A DNA stretch of 7,326 bases, from contig NW_021828801.1 of NCBI RefSeq assembly GCF_006345805.1, forward strand, positions 1 through 7,326. Reading direction: 5' to 3'. This DNA is from Octopus sinensis (taxonomy: Eukaryota). Under the pieces are notes generated by a model. That model was not told the DNA's origin and did no database searches. It was given only the letters and a program-made list of their open reading frames with translations. Position 1 is the first letter of the stretch, and every line of letters begins with the position of its first letter. A program made the translations under genes and the position numbers. This document shows, piece after piece, positions 6,331 to 7,326 of this stretch.

Positions 6331-7326
6331 AACAAATGGAAAGCATGCGGGTGTAACGGAGTCTACAATTTCTTTATCAAAAATTTTACTTTAATTCGGG
6401 TACATCTTGTAATGAGATTCGCAAGATTATAATGGAGACTGTACCCCTGATGATTGGTTTTATACGGGAATCACATATCTGATCCTTAAGAAGGACGTAT
6501 GTGACTCCCCCAAGGATTTGAGGCCAATCACATGTATTCCGAATTTATATAAGTTGACGACTAAATGTGTAAAACATAAAGTTGTCAGAATATATTGATG
6601 CTTTCTGATTAATGACAATCACTGGGCACAAGAAGAATGTGCCAAGGTGCAAAAGAACAAGCCATAATCAACCAGTGTATTAACCAAGAGAATGCCAATA
6701 AATTACGTTCTACATGGATTGATGTGAAGAAAGCATTCGACTCTGTAGATCATGATTTCTTAGACCATTTGTTACAAAAGTCTGGACTTCCTTTTTGGAT
6801 TGTCTGCTTTATTCAGAGTCTTATTAAGAAATGGAAAATACGATTGACTTTTGAAAATAAATCATTGGGTGAAGTAAAAATAAGAAGAGGAATTTTGCAA
6901 GGAGACTCTTTGTCGCCACAGATCTTTTTGTTGGTATTGGACCCTTTGAGTCGAATGTTAAATGGAAAATACCCGAAAGTAACAATAGGGAATCGGAGAC
7001 ATGGTCAGCTTGTTTATGCAACAAATCACCTTCTATTTATGGATGATATTAAATTGATCTCCTATCAAAGTGATACAATGGAAAAAATGCTGAAAAAAGT
7101 CGAATCATTCTTTGATGCAGCTGGATTCGAAAGAAATTTTGATAAATCTGCGACAAATGTGAGGTCTTTGTCTGATAAAGCCCGTCTGCTTGATGGACTA
7201 GATGGATACCGATACTTAGGAGTTCTTGAAGATAAGAACAGTAATGTCCTTTAAAAAAATTTATGGGGAAAATTTAATGACTGATGCATCTACTCGGATT
7301 AAGAATTTGACGAAAACGGAATTTAA
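6331..7326 (+). pseudogene. Reverse transcriptase of an R4/Dong-like non-LTR retrotransposon; 5'-truncated, frameshifted and continuing past the right edge
   Basis: Frames stitched from 6337 give WKACGCNGVYNFFIK / NEIRKIIM / PDDWFYTGITYLILKK...DLRPITCIPNLYKLTTKCV / KLSEYIDAF / LINDN / LGTRR. These join ORF 6637-7254, which carries WIDVKKAFDSVDH, RGILQGDSLSP, HLLFMDDIKL and YRYLGVLE. After a further shift the frame reads KKIYGENLMTDASTRIKNLTKTEF. RT identity is firm; the clade is inferred from WKAxGxDG, HLLFMDD and YLGxxE. Confidence 0.92.

Noticed and set aside
6824-7024. Minus-strand 66-aa ORF
   Set aside because: Antisense shadow of the RT ORF.
7033-7047. FMDD instead of YADD as an unusual RT active site
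   Set aside because: F/Y-M-D-D is a common variant in R4/Dong-like RTs, and both catalytic aspartates are present.
6637-7254. RT as a retron, DGR, group II intron or other prokaryotic defence RT
   Set aside because: The motifs (WKAxGxDG, RPITC, QGDSLSP, HLLFMDD, YLGxxE) and the eukaryotic TE context fit a non-LTR retrotransposon. No msr/msd, template/variable repeats or operon structure is seen.

Overview
AT-rich eukaryotic DNA made almost entirely of transposable-element material. No host gene, RNA gene, CRISPR array or prokaryotic system can be supported. (1) Minus strand 1-598: degenerate apurinic-type endonuclease (APE) start of a LINE ORF2, preceded by a possible ORF1 remnant. (2) Minus strand ~1186-1560, possibly extending to 1784: a decayed 3' end of a CRE-like non-LTR retrotransposon, not shown in the ORF track. 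It has restriction-like endonuclease motifs, an A-rich tail and a candidate 10-bp target-site duplication (TSD). (3) 2238-4411: a structurally complete Buster-type hAT DNA transposon with 14-bp TIRs, an 8-bp nnnTAnnn TSD and AGGCCCA subterminal repeats. Its ~607-aa BED-finger/DDE transposase is broken only by three single-base deletions in A/T runs. (4) 4412-6330: mostly unassignable AT-rich DNA with a possible LINE C-terminal zinc-knuckle relic and a few inverted repeats. (5) Plus strand 6331 to the window end: a 5'-truncated R4/Dong-like reverse transcriptase. I found no evidence for a genuinely new biological system. The best leads are the possibly intact hAT, the hidden CRE insertion with tail and TSD, and a recurrent homopolymer-deletion signature suggesting sequencing error. 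All family assignments come from motif recognition by eye; no database search was run.
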